From the NCBI RefSeq assembly GCF_000020025.1, contig NC_010628.1, forward strand, positions 1,890,001-1,922,000: 32,000 nucleotides of DNA. Reading direction: 5' to 3'. This document shows, one piece after another, positions 1 to 8,393 of the stretch. Both the position numbers and the translations under genes were made by a program. Numbering within the stretch: the first letter of the stretch is position 1; each line of letters begins with the position of its first letter. Below the pieces are notes generated by a model. It was not told the DNA's origin, did no database searches, and was given only the letters and a program-made list of their open reading frames with translations. This DNA is from Nostoc punctiforme PCC 73102. Its GTDB lineage: Bacteria > Cyanobacteriota > Cyanobacteriia > Cyanobacteriales > Nostocaceae.

Positions 1-346
1 CAAACACTCGTTCTGCTAAAGTACTAAAGCCTGGTAAACGTCCAGATTTGCCCTGCATTAAGCGCAAAATCAACCAGATAGTCACTATAAAATAACCCGA
101 CGTGAGAAAACTATTCAGGATAAATAGACGTAGCGAAAAAAAATCTGAAGTTGTGGCTCCGGTACTTAATAATAAATATCCCAACAGCCAAGTAAGTGCC
201 AAAGTGATAGACAGACGGCTAACAGCAAGTTGTTCCCGGCTGGCCTGTCCCCGATAGAGAGTCCACAAAGATGGAAAAAAGCCGATAATCGGAATCAAAT
301 ATAAAAGCAACTGGGTTTTGGGGATTGGGCATGGGGCATTGGGCAT
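1..346 (-). CDS. hypothetical integral membrane protein, C-terminus cut by window edge, start codon uncertain
   Basis: A minus-strand frame is open from 571 down to base 1. It is missing from the supplied track because it leaves the window. From ATG 346..344 it reads MPNAPCPIPKTQLLLYLIPIIGFFPSLWTLYRGQASREQLAVSRLSITLALTWLLGYLLLSTGATTSDFFSLRLFILNSFLTSGYFIVTIWLILRLMQGKSGRLPGFSTLAERVF, with three helix-length hydrophobic segments. In-frame ATGs at 472 and 517 would translate repeat DNA. No family recognised. Confidence 0.4.
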   Translation of the reverse strand, partial: MPNAPCPIPKTQLLLYLIPIIGFFPSLWTLYRGQASREQLAVSRLSITLALTWLLGYLLLSTGATTSDFFSLRLFILNSFLTSGYFIVTIWLILRLMQGKSGRLPGFSTLAERVF

Positions 347-409
347 CCCTTCGGCTTCTCCTAACGGAGACGCTGCGCGAACGCTCAGGGCAAGTGGGCA
401 TTGGGCATT
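320..409. repeat. STRR-type heptamer array (GGGCATT-like units) interrupted by a 48-nt non-periodic insert
   Basis: Four tandem units lie at 320-347 (ggggatt gggcatg gggcatt gggcatc) and two at 396-409 (gggcatt gggcatt). They flank a GC-rich stretch at 348-395 that has no 7-nt periodicity. Confidence 0.7.
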
Positions 410-581
410 ATTATTCTCCACCTGCTCCCCTGCTCTCCACTCCCTGTCCTCTTTTGATTCAAAATTTTTCATTGGGGTTAGTATAACTCCTAAACTAGAA
501 GGATGAATAAGACTCATATAGTTAGAGATAATAAGCTGTAAAGAAAGATTTAACTTAGTTCTATCCCGCAATTAGCTCAAA

Positions 582-1748
582 ATGCAGACACGCAAGCTAC
601 TCGACTGGTGGCAAACATTCACACCAATAGCGCGAATCGGGGCGATCGCGTTATTCGTTCCACTGCTAGTTCTAAATGGTTGGGCACTTTCGGTATTTTT
701 TAATTATTTCCATTCTCTCATAGTCATTTTAGTCGGAGCCTCAGTTTTAGCATTTCTGCTCAACTACCCCGTGAGTTGGATGGAACATCATGGTGCTAAA
801 CGAGAGCAAGTTGCTATCCTAGTATTTCTCTTGGCTTTATCGATTTTATTGGCGTTGGGTGTGACGCTTGTTCCGTTAGCCCTTACCCAAGCTCAACAAC
901 TGGTGGCTCGGTTGCCAGAGTTGATCGACTCTGGACGCTCTCAGCTAATGATATTAAACGAAAAAGCAGAAACTTTTGGCTTACCGATTAACCTCGATGC
1001 TCTGGTAGTACAAATCAACGATCGCGTCAAAGGACAATTACAAGCGATCGCTGGACAAGTTTTAAATCTGGCGGTAGTTACAGTCACTAGTCTGCTAGAT
1101 ATCCTCTTGACGATGGTTTTGACTTTCTACCTTTTACAGCATGGGAGTGAACTCTGGGAAAGTTTAGTAGAATGGCTACCCTCTAAATTTCGCGCTCCTT
1201 TCTCCCAAACAGTCCGCCTAAGCTTTCAAAATTTCTTCATCACCCAGTTGATTTTATCTACCTGTATGGCCTCAGCCCTCATTCCTACCTTTTTGTGGCT
1301 GAAAGTACCATTTGGACTGCTATTTGGGCTAACTATTGGTCTAATGGCTCTCGTCCCCTTTGGTGGTTCTGTGGGCATTGCTCTGACTACACTATTGGTA
1401 GCACTGCAAGATTTCTCAATGGGTGTGAGAGTTTTGATAGCAGCAGTAATCGTACAGCAAATTCTCGAAAACTTAATTGCCCCGCGAATTTTAGGCAGTT
1501 TTACGGGTTTAAATCCAGTTTGGATTTTAATTTCAGTTTTAACAGGGGCAAGAATTGGCGGACTTTTGGGTGTAATTGTGGCAGTACCCACCGCTGTTGT
1601 CATTAAAACTGCTTTAAGTGCCTTGCGTCTTGCTGGCGAGACAAACGATAGCGGCACGGGGGAGGTAACTGCACCCATTGCAGCAAACGAGTCCTCGAAA
1701 GCAAACGCTAACAACACTCTGAGTATTTCTGAAGCGACATTACCTTAA
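582..1748 (+). CDS. AI-2E family transporter (PerM/UPF0118-like permease)
   Basis: 388-aa ORF with multiple hydrophobic helices. Family-typical C-terminal half: LMALVPFGGSVGIALTTLL and QQILENLIAPRILG. The internal opposite-strand ORFs (1226..1717, 1295..1606) are shadows. Confidence 0.8.
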   Translation: MQTRKLLDWWQTFTPIARIGAIALFVPLLVLNGWALSVFFNYFHSLIVILVGASVLAFLLNYPVSWMEHHGAKREQVAILVFLLALSILLALGVTLVPLALTQAQQLVARLPELIDSGRSQLMILNEKAETFGLPINLDALVVQINDRVKGQLQAIAGQVLNLAVVTVTSLLDILLTMVLTFYLLQHGSELWESLVEWLPSKFRAPFSQTVRLSFQNFFITQLILSTCMASALIPTFLWLKVPFGLLFGLTIGLMALVPFGGSVGIALTTLLVALQDFSMGVRVLIAAVIVQQILENLIAPRILGSFTGLNPVWILISVLTGARIGGLLGVIVAVPTAVVIKTALSALRLAGETNDSGTGEVTAPIAANESSKANANNTLSISEATLP

Positions 1749-1772
1749 GAAGGCAGGAGGTTTCCTGCCTCC

Positions 1773-3104
1773 TCATTGTGGATCAATGATGGAACCCATA
1801 AACAAAACGTTTCCCGTCTGATTATCCCTAATGGCGCAGAAGAAGGGACGATCGACAATCATTCGGAATGGTTCTGGTTCATCTCTCAAAGATGTTGCTA
1901 CTATTCCCACTGAAGTAGCCGCAGCCGCTTCAGTGCCTTCTTCGTTCACTTCCAAAAAAGTTTTATGCTTAACTTGGCTAATGGCAAAATTTTTACCCAT
2001 GCCGGAAAAATTGGCTTTGTTGCTGAAAGCCTCTTCCATGCCTAAATTTTTCAAGGCATCATTGAGTGTAACTTCGTAATCTGTTTTGAAGCGAGGTAGG
2101 CGAATAAAGCCTTTTTGTTTGTTGAACTGAGTCATCCATTTTTCCCAGTTTTCAACATTCAAGTTCTGATAAAAAGCTTTGAGGTTAGAGCTTTGTTTGG
2201 GTAGAAAGATATAAAAACTGATTTTTCCATCTTTACCGTAAGGTAAACTAACCGCCTGAAATTCTTTGCTTTCATAGTATCTATAGTCACCTTCTTGTGA
2301 CATCATTGGGTGTTGTTTTCGTCTGCTAGATGTAACGTAAAAAGGGTATTGAGCAGTTTGACTTTTGTCAAATTCGTTACTCCAATTACCTTTAAAATAT
2401 ATGGCGTTAATCAGAAACAACACTTGGTATGGTTCAATACTTTCAACTATTTTAGTGATTTTACCTTTGGTATTTTCTTTTACCCAGTTATTGATAATAT
2501 TAGATGCGGCGGCATCTTTAAAGTTTAAATTGCTGACTTTAGCTTGATAGAAATCCTGGGTTCTCTTGAGAAAGTCTGGTGCAAAGCTAACATCTTGATT
2601 TGCCCAAAGCGAGTTAGCAATACTCAGTTGTACTTTCGCATCTGGATTTTCTAAAAGCTGCTTTAATACTGCCGCATAAGAAGAGTTGATTTCTGGTAGA
2701 TTTATTCCCTGTAATTCTAGGGTTTTTGCCATTGCTTGTTGAGTTGAGCCGCTAGCGCCGTTGTAGGTCATAGCGAGAGCGATCGCTATACTCGAAGGTG
2801 AGATAAAAATATTATTCTCACCTTTATCATCTTTCAGAACTTCGGAAAATAGTTTAAAGCCAAACTTATTGCTAGACTCAACTATTCTTGTATCAGGGTT
2901 GAGTGTTTTTTTTTGCAATGGAGTTTCTGGTTGAGGTAAACTAGATTGGGCAAGGGCACTTTTGTTACTCTCAACTTGAGAACACCCTAATACACTGAAT
3001 AGAACAACACTTGCAGCTGCCAAAGCATAACGTCTGCCTAGACTCACACCATAACGTCTTTGCAGAAAATTCTCTTTTGCATCACTAAACTTTTGCCGAT
3101 TCAT
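1773..3104 (-). CDS. serpin family protein, predicted exported lipoprotein
   Basis: 443 aa. Serpin signatures: NAIYFKGNW, hinge/reactive-centre loop FLEVNEEGTEAAAATSVGIVATSLRDEPEPF, and C-terminal DRPFFCAIRDNQTGNVLFMGSIIDP. The N-terminus has a hydrophobic segment ending in the lipobox-like VLGC (Cys41). Confidence 0.9.
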   Translation of the reverse strand: MNRQKFSDAKENFLQRRYGVSLGRRYALAAASVVLFSVLGCSQVESNKSALAQSSLPQPETPLQKKTLNPDTRIVESSNKFGFKLFSEVLKDDKGENNIFISPSSIAIALAMTYNGASGSTQQAMAKTLELQGINLPEINSSYAAVLKQLLENPDAKVQLSIANSLWANQDVSFAPDFLKRTQDFYQAKVSNLNFKDAAASNIINNWVKENTKGKITKIVESIEPYQVLFLINAIYFKGNWSNEFDKSQTAQYPFYVTSSRRKQHPMMSQEGDYRYYESKEFQAVSLPYGKDGKISFYIFLPKQSSNLKAFYQNLNVENWEKWMTQFNKQKGFIRLPRFKTDYEVTLNDALKNLGMEEAFSNKANFSGMGKNFAISQVKHKTFLEVNEEGTEAAAATSVGIVATSLRDEPEPFRMIVDRPFFCAIRDNQTGNVLFMGSIIDPQ

Positions 3105-3600
3105 TCTGCTACCTCACTTGCCAAAGATTCCCGATCTGTGCTCATGGTTGACGCAGATACTGTGTCAATGATTAACTATTGCATTTGATCCAATAGAAAA
3201 TTAGACTGTTACAGTTTTTGTAACAGCAAGTAAATAGCTTAGAGGAATTAAACACAACTCATTAAAGCTGCTAATTCTTACTTGAAGCGGCTATGCAGAC
3301 GAATTATGAAAAATCTCAATTTTGAGGAACTTTTCTATTTATCAATAACAGTATTGTAGACTACCTAACATAAAATAACCACTTCTATTGGGTTTTTATA
3401 GATATAGGATTTACGCCAAACTACAGGAGTTAAGGGTAATTCATCAAATACCCCTAACAGAAAATTTTTCTTTTCGGCTATTGTTTTGCAAGTCCTGAGA
3501 TAGAATAACATTCTTAGTTGCATAAAATACAGAACTTTCATAGGGACGCACGCCTATGCGCCCCGATAGGAGAGTGTTGTTCAAATAGATGAAAATGCTG

Positions 3601-3755
3601 TAAATTGACGTGAGTTCGACAAGTCTTATTTGACCTCTCCCCCAACCCCTCTCCGTGTCGGAGAGGGGAGCAAAAAGCTTAGTTTTTCGTTGCTCCTCCC
3701 TCTCGGAAACGGAAAGCTGAGAGGGAGAGGTTCATCAAACTCACGTTAAATTGAC
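3601..3755. mobile_element. MITE-like small dispersed repeat with GC-rich internal hairpins
   Basis: The 9-nt direct repeat taaattgac occurs at 3601-3609 and 3747-3755. It brackets inverted termini acgtgagtt (3608-3616) and aactcacgt (3738-3746). Inside are the hairpins cccctctcc-gtgtc-ggagagggg and ctccctctc...gagagggag, plus outer arms gacctctccc / gggagaggtt. Confidence 0.5.
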
Positions 3756-3781
3756 ACAGATGAAAATTGTGCTGACCTATT

Positions 3782-5377
3782 TTAATTGATAGGTACACTC
3801 CACCAAGCTAAACTATAGGGTTGAGTTGCTTCATTAAGCTTTTGACGAAACTGGACGCGGATTTTGTAATTGCCAGTAGCAGGAATGGGGCAGAAAATAT
3901 GTTCTACACTATCGATTTGGCTGATTGAAGAGCAAACAGCACCAGTATCTGAATTTTGAGCATCAGCTTTCACTAAGTATAGGTCGAGATTATTCAAACC
4001 GCGATCGCGGAAATTTTCACCCACGTCATATTGCTGGTTTTTATTTTTATCGTTGAGTTCCACCAATCGATCCCAACTTAGGGTGACAGCAACAAAACCC
4101 CCCTGCTTTAATGGTTTTGCTAACACATAGTCAACAGATGCTCCAACATCCACTTTGTGATAATCCCAACCGATAGCTGGCACCGTAGCTGATGGCTGCC
4201 ATTGGCCAGCACTCAATTGTTGATAAGCGCGAAATGTATTTAAGTGACCGGCTCCCATTTGAGCATCCAAGGGAATGTTTGGATCTTTATAAGCATCAGA
4301 ATCTAGCCAGTTTTGATTTTGTTTATCAATTAGTGTCCGGCTCATTCCCAACCGTAAGCCATCGCCACTATCTTGGATTTTGTCTGCTGAATTCAGCAAT
4401 ACAGCTTTCATTACTTGATGATGCCGAGAATCAATGCTCCAATGGGGTTGTTTTGTACGTATCTGTCGGTCAGCAAATTCTTGTAATAGAGCAACGGTAG
4501 CCGTAACTTGAGGCGCTGCAAAACTAGTACCTGTAACCTTGTTCAATTTGCCATCTGGATTGAGTAAGGGAATATTATTCCCAGGAGCAACTAAACTGAT
4601 AGCACGACGGCTACCAAGATTAAATTCTCTTCCAGCTAGCCTTCCACTCACTCCTTGGTTAGCACCCGCCAGATTAGCCACATCTACTTTGTTAAAAACT
4701 CCCCCACGGCGGGATGAAAAAGCCACGTTCATTCCGTTAAAATTATCTGTAGGAATAGGAATACCACCTTTACCTTGATTGCCTGCGATCGCATACAAAA
4801 CATCATGAACCCGGCTAGACCAGTCAACACATAAAGTTAGTAAAGCATTGCCGTCTAAAATAGCTTCTGGTCTAGGATCGCGACTGAGAGGTTCACCAAA
4901 GCTAAAATTAATGGCACGGACATCGCCACCATTTTGTAGCGCTATGTGCTGGGCCGATAAACACTCTTCTGGCTGACCCATGCTTTTAGTGGAACCCACC
5001 GCAGACGAATACAATCTCGCTCCCGGAGCAATTCCCGGCAAAGCTTTGTCTTGACTTACCATTACACCAGCAACATTATAGGCGTGAGGGTCAACACCGC
5101 TATTAGACTTAGCTGGCCCATTGCGTAAGAATACTCCCGCTAAAGATATGGCGCGATTTTTAGACACCGCCTTATCCCACCCAAACATTCCCGGTCGACC
5201 AATTTCCACTTGACCAATAGCAATCTTACGACCGATTAAATTATAAGGAGCTTGGTGTAGCTTTAAAGCATCAATACCGTTAGTTCCCAAAGCAGATTCT
5301 AAAGCCGAAGCAATTACCGGCGCACTCAGACAAGAAGCACTTAATCCCCAAATTATCCAGGTTAGTTTTTTAGTCAT
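3782..5377 (-). CDS. S8 family (subtilisin-like) serine peptidase, secreted, with C-terminal beta-rich extension
   Basis: 531 aa. Signal peptide MTKKLTWIIWGLSASCLSAPVIASA. Subtilase blocks aligned by eye to subtilisin BPN': IAIGQVEIG (Asp block, but Glu58), DPHAYNVAGV (His98), YAIAGNQG (oxyanion Asn200), GTSFAAPQVTA (Ser285). Confidence 0.85.
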   Translation of the reverse strand: MTKKLTWIIWGLSASCLSAPVIASALESALGTNGIDALKLHQAPYNLIGRKIAIGQVEIGRPGMFGWDKAVSKNRAISLAGVFLRNGPAKSNSGVDPHAYNVAGVMVSQDKALPGIAPGARLYSSAVGSTKSMGQPEECLSAQHIALQNGGDVRAINFSFGEPLSRDPRPEAILDGNALLTLCVDWSSRVHDVLYAIAGNQGKGGIPIPTDNFNGMNVAFSSRRGGVFNKVDVANLAGANQGVSGRLAGREFNLGSRRAISLVAPGNNIPLLNPDGKLNKVTGTSFAAPQVTATVALLQEFADRQIRTKQPHWSIDSRHHQVMKAVLLNSADKIQDSGDGLRLGMSRTLIDKQNQNWLDSDAYKDPNIPLDAQMGAGHLNTFRAYQQLSAGQWQPSATVPAIGWDYHKVDVGASVDYVLAKPLKQGGFVAVTLSWDRLVELNDKNKNQQYDVGENFRDRGLNNLDLYLVKADAQNSDTGAVCSSISQIDSVEHIFCPIPATGNYKIRVQFRQKLNEATQPYSLAWWSVPIN

Positions 5378-5383
5378 TTTTTA

Positions 5384-5411
5384 TTTGTCATTTGTCATTT
5401 GTCATTAGTCA
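5384..5411. repeat. STRR-type heptamer array TTTGTCA x3 plus TTAGTCA
   Basis: tttgtca tttgtca tttgtca ttagtca begins 7 nt upstream of the subtilase start codon (5377..5375). Further degenerate 7-mers (gagttag gggttaa gagttat) follow to about 5435. Confidence 0.75.
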
Positions 5412-5545
5412 AGAGTTAGGGGTTAAGAGTTATTATTCTCCCTCTGCTCTCTACTCCTCTAAAAAGGCCGGGATCAAAGTTATGAGTCTTGCTCAATGTT
5501 TTGTTACAATGCTTACAGACGAGGACGCTTAAAAACCCACTAGCC

Positions 5546-6253
5546 ATGACCCAAAACCTATCTCAAAAGCCCATTGTAATTTCTCCATCTATCCTATCAG
5601 CCGATTTTAGTCGTCTTGGTGACGAAATTCGCGCCGTAGACGCAGCCGGAGCAGATTGGATTCATGTTGATGTAATGGACGGTCGCTTTGTACCTAATAT
5701 TACGATAGGCCCTCTGATTGTGGAGGCGATTCGTCCGGTTACAACCAAGCCCCTGGATGTCCACTTGATGATTGTGGAGCCGGAAAAGTATGTAGAAGGA
5801 TTTGCTAAAGCGGGTGCTGATATTATCTCCGTACACTGCGAGCATAATGCTTCCCCACACCTGCACCGCACCTTGGGGCAAATTAAAGAGCTTGGCAAGA
5901 AAGCTGGAGTTGTACTTAATCCTGGTAGCCCTCTAGAGCTAATTGAATACGTTCTAGATTTGTGCGATTTAGTACTGATTATGAGCGTTAATCCTGGTTT
6001 TGGTGGTCAAAGCTTTATCCCTGGTGTGTTACCCAAAATCCGCAAGCTACGTCAAATGTGTGATGAACGCGGTCTTGACCCTTGGATTGAAGTGGATGGA
6101 GGACTCAAGGCAAATAATACCTGGCAGGTTTTGGAAGCAGGCGCTAATGCAATTGTCGCCGGTTCAGCTGTATTTAATGCTAAGGATTATGCGGAGGCTA
6201 TTACATCAATTCGCAACAGCAAGCGTCCTACCCCAGAATTAGCCAAGGTTTAA
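5546..6253 (+). CDS. rpe: ribulose-phosphate 3-epimerase
   Basis: Motifs [39 protein letters not shown] start at ATG 5546 (MTQNLSQKP..., 235 aa). The track's 5489 start is a TTG that adds 19 non-conserved-looking residues. Confidence 0.9.
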   Translation: MTQNLSQKPIVISPSILSADFSRLGDEIRAVDAAGADWIHVDVMDGRFVPNITIGPLIVEAIRPVTTKPLDVHLMIVEPEKYVEGFAKAGADIISVHCEHNASPHLHRTLGQIKELGKKAGVVLNPGSPLELIEYVLDLCDLVLIMSVNPGFGGQSFIPGVLPKIRKLRQMCDERGLDPWIEVDGGLKANNTWQVLEAGANAIVAGSAVFNAKDYAEAITSIRNSKRPTPELAKV

Positions 6254-6285
6254 TTCATTGTTGGATTAACCTTCTCTACAAAAAG

Positions 6286-6318
6286 TAGGGTGGGCAAATT
6301 GCTCACCCTATTTTTATT
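6286..6318 (+). terminator. rho-independent terminator of rpe
   Basis: 10-bp stem tagggtgggc / gctcacccta (one G-U pair), loop aaatt, then tttttattt. It lies 33 nt after the rpe stop codon. Confidence 0.75.
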
Positions 6319-6320
6319 TA

Positions 6321-6364
6321 CACATAAAAATACTGGAAGCTCTTCAAGTTTTGAACTTCCAGTA
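6321..6364 (-). terminator. second hairpin, reads as a terminator on the minus strand
   Basis: Perfect 9-bp stem tactggaag / cttccagta (6331-6339 / 6356-6364). On the minus strand it is followed by tttttatgtg, and on the plus strand by tttatta. Confidence 0.5.
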
Positions 6365-7119
6365 TTTATTATATAAATTGAAAATTTAGAAAGCAGAGAT
6401 AATCCAGGTTGGGAGGACTAGGATTACAATAGTTGAAAGAGAAGCGTATGACCTACTAGTTCCACCAGCCAAGACAACGATTTCACCGTAACTTTTCTGT
6501 TTCCGTTCCTGTTATTGGTGTTAAGCGTTTGCTTTATTTAATAAAGCAACACCAATCACAAGATAGAAAGTTTTCTAAGCATTACTCGCATCGTCTGCAG
6601 TCAATGAAAGCTTTGTAAAATTTGGATTGGGGGAATCCACCTCCCCAAATTCTTTTTGCTTAGACTTCCTCAGAAAAAGAACCACCAGTAGCAACGGTTG
6701 CATCATTAGCCTTGGGATAGGAGTTATTTACTCCATGACATACTGACTACTTTTGTAATCAGTTTGATTTATTTCATAGCCAGAACTAACCATTGATTTT
6801 ATGTTTTTAAATTAACTTGCTTGCTGCCAATCACCTCTATTTGGGTTGAAATCGTTGTTGTTATTAGTTTACCAATGTCGTCAGTATATATTTGCCATTT
6901 TGGCAGATTTTTGCAAAAATATATCAAATTCAAATTAATCACTACGATAGAAAACCTACCATGCGCTCAATTTTAAATTAGCATGGCAGGCTCTCAGATA
7001 CTCAATCAACTCTAGGGCAGAATCTCTTGATTTCAAATTCTTTTTTAATTGGCTCCACAGGGTTTCAAGGAAATATCTTGAGTTAATGGCGATTTCCTTG
7101 ATTAATGTTTGTTAATTAG

Positions 7120-7461
7120 CTATCCCAATTTTTGGTCTAAACTAACACTACGGATTTCTGTTTTTTGCTTTCCAACTACTTCAAGATAAGCAGGTCTTGA
7201 ATCATTAGCATGTTTCAGCATCTTTAGATTTTCACTTTGCTGTTGTTTCGTTCTGTTGGTTTGAGAGTTTTCTTTCAGTAATCGGTTGTAGGTACGGTAC
7301 GGAATGTAATGGAGAGGATTATAACCAGCAAAACGTAGCATTAAAACACATGCCCAGGAGTACTTTCCAGCAATAATTGCTTCAACTACTTTATCAAATT
7401 GTTGAGCCTTTACTGTTGTATCTAAGTTACTACTAATACCAGCAATGTCTTGATTCATCAT
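7120..7461 (-). CDS. hetP: HetP family heterocyst commitment protein (paralog assignment unknown)
   Basis: 113 aa. I recognise the core [41 protein letters not shown] as the conserved HetP-family N-terminal domain. This is from memory of family sequences, not from a search. The gene sits in an AT-rich, ORF-poor region with a HetR-box-like site upstream. Confidence 0.7.
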   Translation of the reverse strand: MMNQDIAGISSNLDTTVKAQQFDKVVEAIIAGKYSWACVLMLRFAGYNPLHYIPYRTYNRLLKENSQTNRTKQQQSENLKMLKHANDSRPAYLEVVGKQKTEIRSVSLDQKLG

Positions 7462-7559
7462 AGTGTTTAATTATTTTGGATGAAGTAAACTAGTTCAGTT
7501 TCTGCGATTGTTGTCGTTTCAATTGAGGTTTACAAACTGCATTAATCTTTTTGCAGTTG

Positions 7560-7901
7560 TTAAATCGCTTTCGGGAAATTATCAGCAATTTGGCGGTGTT
7601 GGATGTTGACGAAGGCTAAAAATCCATCTATCAACAGATGCGTACATAACTTTCCCAAACTCTGATTAGTTTTTGCAGCTTTGAGTGGTAAAGATACAGA
7701 CTGAAACTTCTCTACTGTTTGTTTGAGCTTTACCTGGACGCTGTTAACCAGAGTTTTAGTGATTTTGGCTGATAACTCCCCTAGTAAACTAGTTTTGGTA
7801 AGAGCTAGCTTGTAGTAGGGATACAAATTATATAGATTCATTGCTGAACTGTCCCCTTGGCTTGAGGTTTCGACTGCATTTGACCTGATGATTCTTTGCA
7901 T
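7560..7901 (-). CDS. hypothetical protein (about 113 aa from ATG 7901; the track start at 7925 is TTG)
   Basis: Only an open frame, with a predicted helical, non-repetitive sequence (MQRIIRSNAVETSS...LLIDGFLAFVNIQHRQIADNFPKAI). It ends 98 nt upstream of the hetP-family gene on the same strand. No family recognised. It could be a chance ORF within a long leader. Confidence 0.35.
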   Translation of the reverse strand: MQRIIRSNAVETSSQGDSSAMNLYNLYPYYKLALTKTSLLGELSAKITKTLVNSVQVKLKQTVEKFQSVSLPLKAAKTNQSLGKLCTHLLIDGFLAFVNIQHRQIADNFPKAI

Positions 7902-8393
7902 GAAATAACCTTTGATTAAAAACAATCAAGTTTTTAACCAAGTTTGTTGGCTGCTCATTCCTAATTACTCAGATTTACTCCGATTAATCGAGGAAACTGT
8001 AGCTTTTACTTGTTAGTAAGTGAAAGGTAAAAATTTATCTTTTGTCTTCTCATTTAGCTGGTAGGACAAAAGTCTAGGCGTAGCTCTTGGTAGATGCAGT
8101 TTTATCCTCTGAAACTTTATCGACTTTTAATTCAATCAATTTTCTCTGTTAAAACGCCTGTATTTCTTACTACTGGTTAATTAAGCAATTTCCGGCAAGT
8201 TTTCATATTTTTTTGAGTAGTGGAAAAAATTTATTTATCCTTGAGCTTTAACAACGTCATTCGTATATATACTATTTTTTGTCGTTAATGTCATCTACGA
8301 AGTTAGTAGATTTTTAAGTTAAATTTACTGAATGTATTTCGATACGTACATGCCTATTGTGCAACTTTTAATTTTGTCCTCCCTTGCTAATTT

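Noticed and set aside
219-506. Track ORFs 219..401 (-) and 318..506 (+)
   Set aside because: Both are translations of the heptamer array and the GC-rich insert, with low-complexity products. The longer frame that leaves the window explains the minus-strand coding potential better.
1226-1717. 163-aa and 103-aa ORFs inside the AI-2E transporter gene
   Set aside because: These are shadow frames fully nested in a well-supported membrane-protein gene, and they have no motifs of their own.
5489-5545. N-terminal extension of rpe from TTG 5489
   Set aside because: The 19 extra residues ([19 protein letters not shown]) precede a good ATG and lie outside the conserved epimerase core. The extension also starts close to the divergent subtilase leader repeats.
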